Shown here: in pieces, positions 61,658 through 64,000 of the stretch | How positions within the stretch are numbered: the stretch's first letter is position 1 | Layout: each line of letters starts with the position of its first letter | From: an uncultured Gemmatimonadales bacterium | Lineage (GTDB): Bacteria; Gemmatimonadota; Gemmatimonadetes; Gemmatimonadales; GWC2-71-9 | DNA: 64,000 bases | NCBI GenBank assembly: GCA_963798915.1 | Contig: CAWCVB010000001.1 | Coordinates: 64,001 to 128,000, forward strand | Reading direction: 5' to 3' | Notes under the pieces: generated by a model | Database searches by the model: none | Seen by the model: the letters and a program-made list of their open reading frames with translations, nothing else | What the model was told of the DNA's origin: nothing | Made by a program: the position numbers and the translations under genes

Positions 61658-62494
61658 CTAAAACCTCAACGCCCGCAGATACCGATAGCTCCGTGCAATA
61701 CTCGCCATCGGGTCGGCCGGCTCGTCGTGCTCCACGAAATAATGCTGGATGCCGGCGTCTTCGTGCTTCGAAAAGATCCGGGCCCAGTCGATCTGACCCT
61801 GCCCCACGTCCACCATCGTCTGGCCCCTGGCCATGTCCTTGACATGCACCAGTGGAAACCGCCCCGGGTACTTCTCGAAATAGGGGACGGGATCCTGGCC
61901 CCCCTTGGTGATCCAGAAGAGATCCATCTCGAAGACGACGTTTTCGGGATCGCACTCGGCCAGCAGCACGTCGTACGGCATGCGGCCCTCGATCTTGCCG
62001 AACTCGAAGTCGTGGTTATGGTAGGCAAAGCCGATGCCCCGCTTCTTCGCTTCTGCGCCGGCCCGGTTGAACTTGGCGATGGTTGAACGTAGCGCCGGCA
62101 GCGTGGCGCGGTCCTTCTCGTCGAGCCAGGCGACCACGAGATAATCGTGCCCCAGCGCTTCCGCCGCATCGAGGGTCCGCTGCCAGTCATCGCCCAGGGC
62201 CTCGAGCCCGATATGGGCCGAGGGTGCGACCAGCCCCAGGGCATCGAGCTGCCGCCTGAGCGCGGCCGGCGTCCGGTCATAGTAGCCGGCAAACTCCACC
62301 TCGCGATAGCCGATCTTCGCCACCTGCTCCAGCGTGGCATCGAAATTCGTCGCGAGCAGCGAACGCACGGTATAGAGCTGCAGGCCAATGTCGCCCAGCT
62401 GGTCACGGGTGCAGGCACGCAGCGCCCCGGGCAGCGCCAGTGCCAGTGCGCCTGCACTGGTCGCGCCGAGAAATTCGCGTCGGTCAAAGTTCAT
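61658..62494 (-). CDS. Sugar phosphate isomerase/epimerase (xylose isomerase-like TIM barrel, Tat)
   Basis: DRREFL; GLQLYTVR, YHNHDFEF, EMDLFW, HVKD, VEHD. Confidence 0.9.
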   Translation of the reverse strand: MNFDRREFLGATSAGALALALPGALRACTRDQLGDIGLQLYTVRSLLATNFDATLEQVAKIGYREVEFAGYYDRTPAALRRQLDALGLVAPSAHIGLEALGDDWQRTLDAAEALGHDYLVVAWLDEKDRATLPALRSTIAKFNRAGAEAKKRGIGFAYHNHDFEFGKIEGRMPYDVLLAECDPENVVFEMDLFWITKGGQDPVPYFEKYPGRFPLVHVKDMARGQTMVDVGQGQIDWARIFSKHEDAGIQHYFVEHDEPADPMASIARSYRYLRALRF

Positions 62495-64000
62495 GGCGGT
62501 TCAGCAGCTCCACGGCATGATCCACGGCGCGCGCAGTGAGCGCCATGTAGGTGATGGACGGATTCTGACAAGCCGAGGACGCCATGCACGCGCCATCGGT
62601 GATGAACAGGTTGGGAACGTCCCAGGCCTGGTTCCACTTGTTGAGGACGCTGGTCTTCGGGTCCTTGCCCATCCGCGCTGTCCCCATCTCGTGGATGGTG
62701 CGTCCCGGTGGCGTCTTCTCGTCGTAGGTGGTGATGTTCCGCACCCCCGCCGCTTCCAGCATCTCGGCGGCGCTCACCTGCATGTCTTCGACCAGCGCCA
62801 GTTCGTTGGGACCCCACGTCATGTTGACGTGCACCGCCGGAATGCCCCACTTGTCCTTCACCTCGGGATCCAGCGTCATGTAATTGCCCGGCTGCGGCAG
62901 GCACTCGCCAAAACCATAGAAGTCCATGCCCCACGGACCAGGGTCGAAGAGCGACTGCTTGAACTCGGGCCCGAAACCGGGCAGGGATGCGCCGCGTCCC
63001 CAGCCGGAGCGGCCGGCGCCGCCCTGGAAGGCGTATCCACGGAGGAACCTGGCTGTCTTCTCCGTCGCATTCTTGAAGCGGGGCACGTAGATGCCGTTGG
63101 GACGGTGGCCAAAGGTCGAGCGATCCAGGAAGCCGTCCACCTGGCCACGCGCGCCGCCGCCCATGCAGTGGTCCATCAGGTTCCGGCCCACCTGCCCGCT
63201 GGAATTGGCCAGTCCGTCAGGAAATTCCCTGCCGGTGGAATGCAGCAGGAGCCGGGCGCTCTCCAGCGTGGAGGCGCAGAGGAAGACCAGCTTCCCCTCG
63301 AATTCGATCGCCTCCATGGTGTCGGCATCGATGACGCGAACGCCCCGCAGCCGGTTGGTGGCCGGGTCATGGAGCAACTGTTCCACGATGCTGTTGGGGC
63401 GCAGCGTCATGTTGCCGGTCTTCTGCGCCGCGGGCAGGGTGCTGCCGACGCTGGAAAAGTAGGATGCGGTAATGCATCCCCGCTCGCAGGGGCCACAGTA
63501 GTGACAGGCGGCCCGGCCGTTGTGGGCCTGGGTCAGCACGGCACAGCGACCGATGGTGAGCACCCGCTTCCGGCCGAACGCGCGCACCATGCGATCCCGC
63601 ACCTGCGCTTCGGCGCAATTGAGCGCCATGGGCGGAAGGAACTCACCGTCCGGCAACTGATCGAGCTGCTCCCGGTTGCCGCTGATGCCGATGAATGTTT
63701 CGACGTAGGAGTACCACGGCGCGATATCCCGGTACCGGATGGGCCAGTCGACGCCGTGGCCATCTCGGGCATTGGCTTCGAAGTCGAGATCGCTCCAGCG
63801 ATAGACCTGCCGGCCCCACATCAGGGATCGGCCGCCCACCTGCCGCCCGCGCAGCCACTCGAATCGTTTGCCTTCATCAAAGGTGTAGGGATTGTCGAGG
63901 TCGTTGACGAAGAACCTGGAACCCAGCTCGTCGCAGGCGTAGCAGTTGCGCTGGATGGGCTGCTCCCGCTCCAGCCTGGCACGATCGCCCCAGCCGCGGA
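62484..64000 (-). CDS. Second GMC family oxidoreductase (5' end outside the window)
   Basis: GGRSLMWGR, CHYCGPCERGC, HEMGTARMG, QNPSITYMA. Confidence 0.92.
   Translation of the reverse strand, partial: RGWGDRARLEREQPIQRNCYACDELGSRFFVNDLDNPYTFDEGKRFEWLRGRQVGGRSLMWGRQVYRWSDLDFEANARDGHGVDWPIRYRDIAPWYSYVETFIGISGNREQLDQLPDGEFLPPMALNCAEAQVRDRMVRAFGRKRVLTIGRCAVLTQAHNGRAACHYCGPCERGCITASYFSSVGSTLPAAQKTGNMTLRPNSIVEQLLHDPATNRLRGVRVIDADTMEAIEFEGKLVFLCASTLESARLLLHSTGREFPDGLANSSGQVGRNLMDHCMGGGARGQVDGFLDRSTFGHRPNGIYVPRFKNATEKTARFLRGYAFQGGAGRSGWGRGASLPGFGPEFKQSLFDPGPWGMDFYGFGECLPQPGNYMTLDPEVKDKWGIPAVHVNMTWGPNELALVEDMQVSAAEMLEAAGVRNITTYDEKTPPGRTIHEMGTARMGKDPKTSVLNKWNQAWDVPNLFITDGACMASSACQNPSITYMALTARAVDHAVELLNRHEL

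Overview
High-GC bacterial chromosomal segment. The gene repertoire suggests Gemmatimonadota, but this is inference only. Most of the window is housekeeping and envelope genes: L,D-transpeptidase, DUF1015-serA-serC-sseA, MATE, an mreB paralog, PBP1A, efp, pncB-pncA, gyrA, two diguanylate cyclases, a Ser/Thr kinase, MscS, and a large GMC/TIM-barrel/Gfo-Idh-MocA sugar-oxidation cluster. A decayed accessory island at about 38.3-46.0 kb holds a frameshifted Sec-signal Rhs gene, an XRE fragment, a small-protein/nucleotidyltransferase pair, an orphan Rhs-CT-like fragment and a GxxExxY remnant. The most unusual signal is non-coding: two different small nucleases each sit inside their own palindromic repeat family. 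(i) An intact stand-alone GIY-YIG gene follows a 7 x 123-bp tandem array of a 90-bp REP-like element that also occurs singly elsewhere in the window. (ii) A GxxExxY (PD-(D/E)XK) remnant is bracketed by 9-bp-periodic CACAGAT inverted repeats, and relatives of these repeats interrupt the Rhs gene. Short 7/8/9-mer repeat runs nest around these elements and also invade coding sequences in frame. Other oddities are a catalytically dead but intact LigD-like ORF behind a DnaA-box-like cluster, a pair of uncharacterised paralogous membrane proteins, and an EF-P with Asn at the loop tip. No rRNA, tRNA or CRISPR array was seen.
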